Below, piece after piece: positions 10,309 through 19,436 of a stretch of DNA of 64,000 nucleotides (the first letter of the stretch is position 1; each line of letters begins with the position of its first letter). A model generated the notes under the pieces. The model made no database searches, had not been told where the DNA came from, and worked only from the letters and a program-made list of their open reading frames with translations. This DNA is from an uncultured Lachnospiraceae bacterium (lineage in GTDB: Bacteria; Bacillota; Clostridia; Lachnospirales; Lachnospiraceae): NCBI GenBank assembly GCA_910579615.1, contig CAJTUA010000005.1, positions 132,135 to 196,134 on the forward strand, in the 5' to 3' direction. Position numbers and translations under genes: made by a program.

Positions 10309-12927
10309 ATGAAATTTATTTCCTGCCACATTGAAAATTTCGGGAAGCTGAGCGATTTTTCTTTTGAATTTTCGGAGGGAACCAATGTGATATGTGAAAA
10401 GAACGGTTGGGGGAAAAGCACGTTTGCCGCGTTTATCCGGGCGATGTTTTACGGACTTGAGGGTGGGAGGAAGAGAAACCACCTTGAAAATGAGCGGAAA
10501 AAATACAAGCCCTGGCAGGGAGGGGTTTTTGGCGGATGGCTGATTTTCCAGATTCAGGGAAAGCAGTACCAGATTTCGCGCATTTTCCATGACAAGGATC
10601 TGAATGATGAATTTGAGCTGCGCGATGTGAAAACCAATCTGGTTTCAAGGGATTACAGCAAAAATATCGGGGAGGAAATTTTTCAGATTGACCGGGAATC
10701 GTTTCTGCGGACGGTTTTTATCGGACAGAGTGAATGCGAAACCTCCTCTACGGATGATATCAATGCGAAAATCGGGAACCCGGCAGGTGACGCGAACGAC
10801 CTGAATCATTTTGATGCCGCGTATGCGAGGCTGACGGAAACCGTCAATGCACTGACACCTTCCCGCGCATCGGGTGCCTTAGCAAAGCGCCGGGAGGAGA
10901 TTGCTTACTGCGAGAGGATTTTTAAGGAGGGGGAGAACCTTCCGGAAAACATGGAGATTTATCAGGGCAGGGTGCGCGCGCAGGAGGAAGCTTACAATGC
11001 CTTAAAGGCAGAGCTTTTGGAAAGGGGAAAGGTGCAGGAGGAGTTCTCAAAGCACCAGTCCGCGTTTGCGATGAAATCCGAATGGATGCGGCTTGAGAAT
11101 ATGGCGGAGGAAAAAAGGGAGGAGCAGGAAGCTATCAAGAGGAGGTTCCCGGGCAAAATCCCATCGCTTTCGCAGGTGAAGGCGCAGATTGACCTATGTG
11201 GTGAGCTTGGGAAGGCTTATGAGAGAATGTCGCTGTACCGGATGGGGAAGGAAGAAAAGCAAAAGCTTTTTTTCCTTGAAAAAATTTTTGGGGATGGAAC
11301 GCCGGGGGCGGAGGAACTGGAGGGAAAGAAAAAGGAGGCATTGGAGCTGCTGCGCTTAAAGCGGGAATATGACGCGAAACAGATGAGCGAACAGGAAAGG
11401 GAACGGCTTTTTGCGCTTGCGCCCGGCTTTTTGGATGAAACAAAAGATGCTTCGTTCCTTGCCGCGAACTGGGCGCAGAGAAACCACAAAAAGGCGGCAA
11501 TGCCTTCGAATGAGGCCGCCATGGAGGCTTTCGCGGCACAAAAGAAGCAGGGTGTGCCGTCAAAGGGATACATGGCATTTCTTGTAATGGGAATTTTGCT
11601 TGTGGCAGCAGGCATTGTGGCGGGCGTGTATTCGCTTGTGGCAGGGATGGTGGCTGCGGTAATTGGTGTGGGGATGGTGTTGGCTGGTATCTTAAAGAAA
11701 AAAGGGGGAACATCCGGCTTTCGTGAAGAGAATCCAGAGATTGAGAAGCTTAGGTGCATCATCCGGCAGGACACCGCCTTTATTGCGCAGACGGATGCGG
11801 AAGTTGCTGCTTATCTGAAAGCGCATGGCAGGGGATTTGAAGCGGGCAATGAACATGCCGTGGCGCTTGCCCTGCAGGAGATTGCGATGGAACATGCGGA
11901 GTACCAGGCGCTTCGGAAAAAGGCGCAGAGTGCAAAGGCGGATGCGGGGGCAGGGCAGATTTACCAATATCAGGAGAGCATTGGGGCTTTTCTTTCCCGG
12001 TATGGGGCGGACGCGCCGCAGGAAAATTATATGGAAGAATTATACGCTTTGCGGGAGCGCGCCGTTTCGTATGCCGCCCTTGCGGATAAATGGGAAAGGT
12101 TTCAAAAAGCAGAAGAAGACTACGAGCAAATCCGGGGCGGAATTGCTGCATTTTATAAGGAATATGGCTTCGCGCCCGAACAGAATATTTCTATGCAGCT
12201 AAATGAAATCCGGGATGCGGTAGATGATTACGAGGATGCGGTAAGGGCGTGTGAGCGAGCGGACGATGAGTTGATGCAGTTTGAACAGGAGAATGATATT
12301 TTTTCAGGTTTAAAGGCGGACGGGGAGGAAAACCTGCCATCCCTTGAGCAAATCCACGAAAGAATCCTTGCGCTGAATGAAGAAATGGAGCGGGTGCAAA
12401 CGGAGCGGGCAGAGGATGTAAAGACGCTTGAGGATTTGCGCATAAGGTACGATGAATGGGAGGAGAACCGCGTAAAGTTAGAGCAGCTAAGGCAGGCACA
12501 GGAAATGCAGCAAAAAAAATACGAGCTTGTGGCAAAGGCAAGGGAGAAGCTCGGGCAGGCGAAAGAAGCGATGACAGCAAAATACGCCGCCCCGATTCTT
12601 GCGGCCTTTGGAAAGTATTATGAAATGATTGCGGGGACAAGCGCGAAGAATTTCCATGTGGATGCCAACACACAGGTGACGGTGGAGGAATACGGAAAGC
12701 AGAGGGAGGCAGAAATGCTTAGCCGCGGATGGCGCGATTTGGCAGGGATTTGTCTCAGGGTTGCATTCGTGGATGCGATGTATCCACAAGAAGCCCCGGT
12801 GCTGGTTATGGACGACCCGTTCACGAACCTGGATGATGAAAAGATTGCGGCGGGAAAGAGGTTTCTTGCAGAGACCGCGAAAAAGTACCAGATTGTTTAT
12901 TTTACGTGCAGTGCGGCAAGGGAATAA
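10309..12927 (+). CDS. SbcC/Rad50-like AAA ATPase (YhaN-type) with a central hydrophobic hairpin
   Basis: N-terminal Walker A (NGWGKST), long helical middle and C-terminal Walker B-like VLVMDDPFTNLD. Forms a pair with the upstream nuclease gene. Confidence 0.85.
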   Translation: MKFISCHIENFGKLSDFSFEFSEGTNVICEKNGWGKSTFAAFIRAMFYGLEGGRKRNHLENERKKYKPWQGGVFGGWLIFQIQGKQYQISRIFHDKDLNDEFELRDVKTNLVSRDYSKNIGEEIFQIDRESFLRTVFIGQSECETSSTDDINAKIGNPAGDANDLNHFDAAYARLTETVNALTPSRASGALAKRREEIAYCERIFKEGENLPENMEIYQGRVRAQEEAYNALKAELLERGKVQEEFSKHQSAFAMKSEWMRLENMAEEKREEQEAIKRRFPGKIPSLSQVKAQIDLCGELGKAYERMSLYRMGKEEKQKLFFLEKIFGDGTPGAEELEGKKKEALELLRLKREYDAKQMSEQERERLFALAPGFLDETKDASFLAANWAQRNHKKAAMPSNEAAMEAFAAQKKQGVPSKGYMAFLVMGILLVAAGIVAGVYSLVAGMVAAVIGVGMVLAGILKKKGGTSGFREENPEIEKLRCIIRQDTAFIAQTDAEVAAYLKAHGRGFEAGNEHAVALALQEIAMEHAEYQALRKKAQSAKADAGAGQIYQYQESIGAFLSRYGADAPQENYMEELYALRERAVSYAALADKWERFQKAEEDYEQIRGGIAAFYKEYGFAPEQNISMQLNEIRDAVDDYEDAVRACERADDELMQFEQENDIFSGLKADGEENLPSLEQIHERILALNEEMERVQTERAEDVKTLEDLRIRYDEWEENRVKLEQLRQAQEMQQKKYELVAKAREKLGQAKEAMTAKYAAPILAAFGKYYEMIAGTSAKNFHVDANTQVTVEEYGKQREAEMLSRGWRDLAGICLRVAFVDAMYPQEAPVLVMDDPFTNLDDEKIAAGKRFLAETAKKYQIVYFTCSAARE

Positions 12928-12977
12928 TTCCATAGTTTCTGCCGGGTATTTTTCTGATTTGTTTTTCTGGCAGAAAA

Positions 12978-13018
12978 AACAGAGGGGCAAAATAAATGGC
13001 TTTGCCCCTCTGTTTTTA
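12978..13018. terminator. Hairpin terminator between convergent genes
   Basis: AACAGAGGGGCAAA / TTTGCCCCTCTGTT followed by TTT. It overlaps the stop codon of the minus-strand SGNH gene. Confidence 0.7.
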
Positions 13019-13690
13019 GTCCGCAAGCAGTTCTGCATAGATGCCGCCCAATTCGTGCAACCCCTCGGCTATTAGCGCGCCCATTTGGACCGCGCCGTCG
13101 CAGCGCAGATGGGTGTTGTCTTTTATATCCTCCGGATAGTTTTTATAGGTTCCCGCAGGGAAATACATAAACCATTTGCGGCTGTCTTCCTCCCCGGCCT
13201 GCTCGTAGAGAATTCGGCTTTTTTCGGTCAGGTCAATGGCAGGAACCCCCTCACGCCTTCCGAGTGATAGGATGGCGGCGGGATATTCGCCGTGGCTGTT
13301 TTTGATGGTTCCATCCCCGTTAAACTGGCGGCGGGAGAGGGGCGTAATCAGCACCGGATGCACACCGCGCTCCCTCGCCGCGGATACGTATTTCATCAGC
13401 CATTCCGGAAACGTCGAATGCGGCTTGGTGCGCCGCTCCTCATCTGGCTTCTCGTCGTTGTGGCCGAACTGGATAAAGAGAAAATCGCCTTTTTCCATGG
13501 CTTTTTGGGCAGGGGAAAAGAGCCCTTCGTTGTAAAAGCTTTTGGAGCTTCTGCCGTTTTGGGCGAAATTAAGGACAGGGATATCGGTTTTTAGGTAGCG
13601 GTTGAATTCCTGCCCGATTCCGGTTTGCGGGAAGGTATTGGCATGGTTGAATGCGACGGTGGAGTCACCCACCCAAATGATTTTTGGCAT
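13016..13690 (-). CDS. SGNH/GDSL hydrolase (rhamnogalacturonan acetylesterase-like, CE12-type)
   Basis: Blocks IIWVGDSTV, NGRSSKSF, GHNDE and DNTHL. I prefer the ATG at 13690 (AGGAGAA 6 nt upstream) to 13717. Confidence 0.85.
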   Translation of the reverse strand: MPKIIWVGDSTVAFNHANTFPQTGIGQEFNRYLKTDIPVLNFAQNGRSSKSFYNEGLFSPAQKAMEKGDFLFIQFGHNDEKPDEERRTKPHSTFPEWLMKYVSAARERGVHPVLITPLSRRQFNGDGTIKNSHGEYPAAILSLGRREGVPAIDLTEKSRILYEQAGEEDSRKWFMYFPAGTYKNYPEDIKDNTHLRCDGAVQMGALIAEGLHELGGIYAELLAD

Positions 13691-13736
13691 TGCTGTTCTC
13701 CTGTTTTTGTCCCACAATTCAAAAGAACTGCGGTTT

Positions 13737-14912
13737 TTAATTTTTGCTGTCCAGATATGTTACTTCGTAAGCTTCCCAGGGCATTGGGATTTCCAGTTTT
13801 TTTATCATTTCCTCCAGGACATTTTCCGGAATGTGCCGCGCTCTTGTGCGGTTGCGCAAAAGCAGTTCCTGATAAGGCGCCTCCAGATACAAAATATGCA
13901 CCCTGGCACCGTAACCGGAGAAAAGTGCCACTAGTTTGCGCCGGGTTTCATAAGTAATATTGGTGGCGTTCCAGATAAAGGGTTGTTTGCGGGCAAGAAA
14001 GCCCTGTGCCAATTCCATGGCAACGCGGGCAACTTTGCCGGACTCCTTTGGCGGCGGGATTTTCAATTCATCGCGAATCGCATCGAGGGAAACGACAGGC
14101 AGCGTGCCCCCGTTTTTTTCAATCCAGGAATCCTTCCCCGCAAGAGGGAGCCCGGAGAGCATAACCACGTCAAATTCCGTGCTGTCATAAAGGCTTGCCC
14201 CCTGCCATACATCATCGCGCGCAAAAAAACGCGCTTTCGTGTACGGGTTCGCGAAGGGATAGGGATGTTCCCAGACATGAAGCTCTTTCGCGTATTCCGA
14301 AAACCACTCCACATACTCCCAAAGCTCGTTTGGGTTTTCGGTTTTCCGCCCGTGGACATCCGCGCAGGAGAGCAGGTGCAAAAGCCGCAGCGGGAGGCTC
14401 TCGGCCGCCCGGAACAAATCCAGTTCCGGGCGTGCTTTTTTCCAGAACCACACAGGAAGACCGTGGTAACGGATGGCGCTTGCCACAAATTCCCGCTCAG
14501 AAAATGTCAGGCCAAAGCGCCCTGCCTCCCGGTAGGCGGTTTCACGGAACAGCTTTGCCCCGGTGATTGTGTGCTTTGGCGAAACCCAGTTCCCGTCCTC
14601 TAAGCGCGTGCAGACAGTCTTGCCAATGTCGTGGAATGCGGCGGAAAGAAACAGGAGTGCCATCTCGTCAAAACCGGAACCTGACGGCGCGGAAAGGGAA
14701 TCCTTTGGTTTATTCCGGCAAAATTCCTGCCATGCAGGAAGACTTGTCAACGCCTCGCAAACCATCTGTGTATGGCAATAAACATCGCCCTCGGCATGGT
14801 ACGCCAGATTTTGCGGAACCTGTTTTAGCCGTGAAAGCTCCGGAAAATGCTGCACGAGGGCAGGGAAGGAAAAGCCGTCTTTTCGGATTGCGGCAAGGAT
14901 ATTTTCATGCAT
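13737..14912 (-). CDS. HD-Pnk type bifunctional end-healing enzyme (N-terminal HD phosphoesterase + C-terminal P-loop polynucleotide kinase)
   Basis: HD motifs (YHAEGDVYCH, AAFHDIGK) in the N-terminal half and a P-loop (LSGLPLAGKDS) in the C-terminal half. The ATG at 14912 overlaps the ligase stop (ATGCATGA). Confidence 0.8.
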   Translation of the reverse strand: MHENILAAIRKDGFSFPALVQHFPELSRLKQVPQNLAYHAEGDVYCHTQMVCEALTSLPAWQEFCRNKPKDSLSAPSGSGFDEMALLFLSAAFHDIGKTVCTRLEDGNWVSPKHTITGAKLFRETAYREAGRFGLTFSEREFVASAIRYHGLPVWFWKKARPELDLFRAAESLPLRLLHLLSCADVHGRKTENPNELWEYVEWFSEYAKELHVWEHPYPFANPYTKARFFARDDVWQGASLYDSTEFDVVMLSGLPLAGKDSWIEKNGGTLPVVSLDAIRDELKIPPPKESGKVARVAMELAQGFLARKQPFIWNATNITYETRRKLVALFSGYGARVHILYLEAPYQELLLRNRTRARHIPENVLEEMIKKLEIPMPWEAYEVTYLDSKN

Positions 14913-15720
14913 TGCCAGCACCTGCCTCCCCGGCATCAAACAAATCAGTCCCGTCCGCCAGACAATTTGCCACAATCGGGCGATTCATCCAGTGGCTTTC
15001 CGAGTCGAGGATGGTATTTAGGAAAGAGCCGCGTACATATTTTAAACGCCCGGTCACATAATCCCCGTCCTCCACCTTGATGTAAATCCCTTCCATAATT
15101 CCACTCAAATCTGTTTGTGCCCGCGCTAAATCAAGCCGCACGCCTCCTTTCTTGCACTGCGCCTCAAAATTTTCCTCCCGGTTCTCTGAGATAAAAAGGC
15201 TTGGACCAATCCATTTTGCAATCTCTGCCGTATTCTCGTAATACCCTTGAGACAATACGCGCACGGAGCGGATAAACGGGGCGGACGCGAGGAACTCCCG
15301 GCGCTTTTTCGTGGAGAAAAATTTGCCCACTGCCCGGTCAAAAATGTCAAATTCCATGAAATAGTGGGGCAGTTTGTCATAAAATACGGTGTGTTTGGCG
15401 TAGAGCCATTCCCCGTACAGGATATACCGGTCGCTTAACAGAAAGCGCAGCCTTTCCTCAAAACAGCCCGCCCAGAGCTTAAACAAATCAAACTGCCGCT
15501 CCCCGTAGCCTCCGGTCAGATAATGCCCGCGGCTTTGCAAAAACATTTTTCCGTCCGGGGCAAAGCTGATTCCGCAGTTTGCCCCGTCTACCTTTTCCTC
15601 CAAAACCAGATATTTTCCTGCAAGCTCCGCAAAGCTTACACATGTTAAATCCTCGTCCCCGGCCTGCTCCCTTGAGCCCTCCAGATGAGGGGTGCGGGGA
15701 TATTTTAAAATCTGTTCCAT
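14905..15720 (-). CDS. ATP-dependent RNA/polynucleotide ligase (RNA_ligase/Rnl2-like nucleotidyltransferase)
   Basis: YPRTPHL, motif I EKVDGAN, motif IV EGIYIK and motif V LKYVR. The true start is the ATG at 15720, preceded by GGAGGA; the 421-aa track ORF is a non-protein-like 5' extension. Confidence 0.8.
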   Translation of the reverse strand: MEQILKYPRTPHLEGSREQAGDEDLTCVSFAELAGKYLVLEEKVDGANCGISFAPDGKMFLQSRGHYLTGGYGERQFDLFKLWAGCFEERLRFLLSDRYILYGEWLYAKHTVFYDKLPHYFMEFDIFDRAVGKFFSTKKRREFLASAPFIRSVRVLSQGYYENTAEIAKWIGPSLFISENREENFEAQCKKGGVRLDLARAQTDLSGIMEGIYIKVEDGDYVTGRLKYVRGSFLNTILDSESHWMNRPIVANCLADGTDLFDAGEAGAGNA

Positions 15721-16195
15721 GATATTTCCTCCATTCTGATATCGAAACCTGTCTGTGCACAAGCTTTTTTCGCCAGAAGGGGAAAAGAAAAAATGCCGCG
15801 TGGAACAATCCCTGCACGCCGCATAAAGCGAAAGCCTGCCGCAGAGGAAATTCCTGGCAAAATGCCCGGTAAATCCAGAACATCTCTCCCGTATTCTGAC
15901 CAAAAAAGAAGCACAAAAACAACAGCCCCGGAAAAAAATAGAATCCGGCGCTTTTTGCTTTATTTTTCTGTCAGAATGCGGTTTACATGGGGTCCTCCAA
16001 TCGGCAGCAAAATATGTTTGCTGTATGTTGATGTGATGCATGCGTGGTACAGGTCTGTCTGTATAGCTGCATCGAAAAAAGCATGGAAAAGCGATTTGGA
16101 ACTTTTCTGTTGCTTTTCTGTTCCAAATATAACACTCGGAGGAAGGGATGTCAATATGGAAAATGGGCAAAAAAGGAACAATCTCAAAAAAACGC

Positions 16196-16224
16196 TTGAC
16201 AACTCCGTTCGATTGCGATAGAAT
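16196..16224 (+). promoter_or_regulatory. Sigma-A type promoter of the blaI-like operon
   Basis: TTGACA (16196-16201), 17-nt spacer, TAGAAT (16219-16224). Confidence 0.55.
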
Positions 16225-16253
16225 GAAGTCGTAGTCGTTCTATTGCAATCGAA
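16208..16253. promoter_or_regulatory. Candidate operator dyad for the BlaI-family repressor
   Basis: TTCGATTGCGATAGAA (16208-16223) and TTCTATTGCAATCGAA (16238-16253) are complementary at 15 of 16 positions, 14 nt apart. The left arm overlaps the spacer and -10 of the promoter. Confidence 0.5.
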
Positions 16254-16354
16254 TGGAAGACCGGACTTAAAAGAAGGCCCTTTTAAACTTCGGGCTTCAA
16301 ATCTACACAGCATCCCGGGATGGCCTGCCCGCAGGATGCAGGAAAGAGGGAAAT

Positions 16355-16714
16355 ATGGACATAAAGCTTTATGATTCCGAATTGAGGATTATGCAAGTCC
16401 TCTGGGAGGAAGGTGACAGCACAGCGAAACGAATCGCACAGCGGATGAAGGAGGAGGTCGGCTGGGGCAAGACAACGACCTATACCGTTCTGAAAAAATG
16501 TATTGACAAAGGGGCAATTGAGCGCTCGGAGCCAAATTTTGTCTGCCACGCACAGGTGACGCGGGAACAGGCACAGGAGTATGAGACGGCAGAGCTGCTT
16601 GAGAGGATGTATGACGGCAGGGCGGACCGTTTGGTTGCCTCCCTGCTTGGGAGCAAGCGCCTGAGCAAACAGGAAATCGGGGAATTAAAAAAACTTGTGG
16701 AGGATTTGGAATGA
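16355..16714 (+). CDS. BlaI/MecI/CopY-family winged-helix repressor
   Basis: 119 aa. N-terminus is typical of the family (SELRIMQVLWEEGDSTAKRI...GWGKTTTYTVLKKCIDKGAI). Confidence 0.9.
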   Translation: MDIKLYDSELRIMQVLWEEGDSTAKRIAQRMKEEVGWGKTTTYTVLKKCIDKGAIERSEPNFVCHAQVTREQAQEYETAELLERMYDGRADRLVASLLGSKRLSKQEIGELKKLVEDLE

Positions 16715-19131
16715 TGGGTTTATTGGAGAGGTCACTGTCCGCGGCGGCGGTGATTGTTATCCTGATACTAATCCGGAAATTGTTGATTCACAAACTGCCG
16801 AAATTTACGTTTCACTTAGCGTGGGGCGTGGTGGTTCTGCGGCTGCTGTGCCCGTATTCCGTGCCGGTATTTTCAGCAGATGCCCCGGCAAAAATTCCGG
16901 GCTTTATGGATTTTTTTGCGGGGGATTCGCAGGGGGCGGATGCAGGGAAGACGGCAGCGGATGAAGGTTATTTGCTTCCTGATGGGGATGGCTCTGGCAG
17001 CAGCATCCGGGCAGGAATTGCGGATAGCAGCGTCAGGGAAAGCTTCCATGGAAAAAACAGCCAGCCGACAGGCGGGGATAGTTTAACCGCAGGTTCAAAC
17101 CGTGGAAGTATGCCGCAATCAAACGCTGGTGGGGATATCCATCAAAATATACCGCAGAATTTCGGGAAATCCGATGATTTGCGGACAGATGGCGAGGAAA
17201 CGGCAGCTTTAAATCGAACTGCGGCGACAGTGCGCATCCTGCGAATCCTCTGGCTTGCAGGAGTGCTTTTTCTCCTGTCTTATTTCCTGGTTTCCCATCT
17301 GCGCGCCCGAAAACTTTACGCCACGGCGCTCCCGCTAAACCATTCCCTGCCGGAAATAGATTTTTATCCCGGCTTGGGGCATGGCGGCAGGGGAGCTGGA
17401 AAGTTTCGGCGCAAAGTAACCATAAAAGTGAGTGACCGGATTTTTGCCCCGGTGACTTACGGGTTATTTTCCCATGTCATCCTCCTGCCAAAAACGACGG
17501 ACTGGGAGAATACGGTGCAGCTTCGCATGGTGCTTGCGCATGAGGCGGTGCATATAAGGCGCTTTGATATTCTCTACAAATGGCTTCTGGCGGCGGCTGT
17601 GGCGCTGCATTGGTTTAACCCCTTTGTCTGGGCAATGTATTTTTTGGCGAACCGGGATATCGAGCTTTCCTGCGATGAGACGGTGGTTCGCAGCCTGAGA
17701 AAGGACGGCAAAAAAGACTATGCCCTTGCTTTGTTAAATTATGAGGAAAAGCGGATGTTTTCGCCGACCGTGAGCGGTTTTGGCGGAACCGCAGTCAGAG
17801 AAAGGATAGAAGCAATTATGAAAATAAATAAAACATCAATCGCCAGCATGGCAATGGCAGCAATTTTGGTTGCGGGAACAACGACGGTGTTTGCCGGAGC
17901 AAAGGAAAATAAAACGGTACCTGAAAACGGGCAGGAAAAAATCTTAGGCGGCAATCCATCTGCCGCAGGTGGAAATTCCGGCGAAAAGAAACCGGACAGC
18001 CAAGCCCCGCAGGAGGAAAACCGGAAAAATGAAAATACGGATGCACAGGATTCGGATAAAAAATCCCCGTCCGAAAAAGCGGAGGATGGCAGCACTCCCG
18101 TAAAGCAGTACCTGTGTGAACCGGCTTACTATACTCTCGAGGAATTTGAGGAGATTATGGAAGTTGAGCGGGCGGAGATAGCGTCCATGTTACAGAATGG
18201 TGCCATAACAAAGAAGTATGCCGATGAAATACTTGAAAAAATTGAGAAGGACATTGACGAAGTGCGAAACGGCAAAAAATGTGAAAAACCGTCCCAGGTT
18301 TTTTATGCTGATGGAACGCCGGTTGTCAACAGCCAGGGCGGCTACCTTTATGTGAAGGCTTCCGATATTGAGCAGATGAATGCTTGGTTGCGTGCAAAGG
18401 CGGCAGGGGTGGATGATTATGGGCAGCAGGAAGCCGATAACATTTCCGCAGCGCAGGATGGTACATTGTTTGCGGGAGCGGTCTTAGAAGATATCATTGG
18501 AAACTTTACCGCTTCGGAAATGGATTCTTCCTGGTATACCTACGCAGAGTACATGGAATATATCGAAAAGCAGAAAAATGACTACCGTTCCATGAAGGGA
18601 GAATGGGGCTTTAACTCATCGGACGGGTGGTTTGAATGGGACGATGAAAAAATTGAGGAGGCATGTAAATTACTCGATGAGAACCTTGATTTTATTAAGA
18701 ACGGCGGGATGATTTCGATGCCGACGGAGGATGGAGGCAACCTGATAGGGCAGATGATGATGATGAGTTCATCCGAGTTTTTGGGAAATGCAGAGGAAGC
18801 GCGTTGGGTTATGAGTACGGATGAAATCGAAGCGGACGGATATATCGTCAGCCAGGCGGAGAAAATTACGCAGGAAGGCGGGAAATTTAACCAGGGGCTG
18901 TTAAAGGACTACGAGGCGTTCGGCGTGACGGCGGACGAAAAGGCAGGGAACTATCTTTATCAGGGAAAAAAGATTGCCGGTCTTAGGGATGGTGATTTTT
19001 TGATGATGGATGGAAGCGCGGAGGAAGACGGCGTTTATTTAAAGGGCGTGCGCGAAGACGGCAAATTGGTTGGTCTGGAAAAAATTACGAAGGAGGAATT
19101 CCAGAAGCTGGCGATGCGCAAAGCAAAATAA
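16711..19131 (+). CDS. BlaR1/MecR1-like M56 zinc-metallopeptidase sensor with a long, atypical C-terminal domain
   Basis: TM segments flank the HEAVH zinc motif (VLAHEAVHIRRFD). ATGA start/stop overlap with the repressor gene. The C-terminal ~400 aa are acidic and extracytoplasmic. Confidence 0.85.
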   Translation: MMGLLERSLSAAAVIVILILIRKLLIHKLPKFTFHLAWGVVVLRLLCPYSVPVFSADAPAKIPGFMDFFAGDSQGADAGKTAADEGYLLPDGDGSGSSIRAGIADSSVRESFHGKNSQPTGGDSLTAGSNRGSMPQSNAGGDIHQNIPQNFGKSDDLRTDGEETAALNRTAATVRILRILWLAGVLFLLSYFLVSHLRARKLYATALPLNHSLPEIDFYPGLGHGGRGAGKFRRKVTIKVSDRIFAPVTYGLFSHVILLPKTTDWENTVQLRMVLAHEAVHIRRFDILYKWLLAAAVALHWFNPFVWAMYFLANRDIELSCDETVVRSLRKDGKKDYALALLNYEEKRMFSPTVSGFGGTAVRERIEAIMKINKTSIASMAMAAILVAGTTTVFAGAKENKTVPENGQEKILGGNPSAAGGNSGEKKPDSQAPQEENRKNENTDAQDSDKKSPSEKAEDGSTPVKQYLCEPAYYTLEEFEEIMEVERAEIASMLQNGAITKKYADEILEKIEKDIDEVRNGKKCEKPSQVFYADGTPVVNSQGGYLYVKASDIEQMNAWLRAKAAGVDDYGQQEADNISAAQDGTLFAGAVLEDIIGNFTASEMDSSWYTYAEYMEYIEKQKNDYRSMKGEWGFNSSDGWFEWDDEKIEEACKLLDENLDFIKNGGMISMPTEDGGNLIGQMMMMSSSEFLGNAEEARWVMSTDEIEADGYIVSQAEKITQEGGKFNQGLLKDYEAFGVTADEKAGNYLYQGKKIAGLRDGDFLMMDGSAEEDGVYLKGVREDGKLVGLEKITKEEFQKLAMRKAK

Positions 19132-19260
19132 AAAACAATGGAGAAATGGATGGAAATACAATAAACAGTGTTAAAATATTTATCATGAAACAAGGTGATA
19201 TTAAAAATAGTATGAAAATATTTTAATGCAACAAGATGGTGCTGGGTTTATAATGATTGG

Positions 19261-19319
19261 GAAGGCTGTCGCACGAAGCGGGAAATTTTTCTTCGTGCGG
19301 CAGCCTTCTGGGATTTTTT
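19261..19319 (+). terminator. Rho-independent terminator after the sensor gene
   Basis: GAAGGCTGTCGCACGAAG / CTTCGTGCGGCAGCCTTC (17 of 18 bp) followed by TGGGATTTTTT. Confidence 0.75.
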
Positions 19320-19436
19320 GAAGGTTCGCCTTGAAAAGAAGCCTGTCTTTGGGTATAATAAAGGCGGGGCGCATAGAGGAATGAAATCTGGTTATGGTAT
19401 GCAAAAAATCTGACAATGGGAATGAGGAGGGGAAGC

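Noticed and set aside
15721-16170. N-terminal 150 codons of the 421-aa track ORF upstream of the RNA ligase
   Set aside because: The sequence is Cys/Arg/Phe-rich and not protein-like. The ligase domain begins exactly at the internal ATG (15720), which has a GGAGGA RBS.
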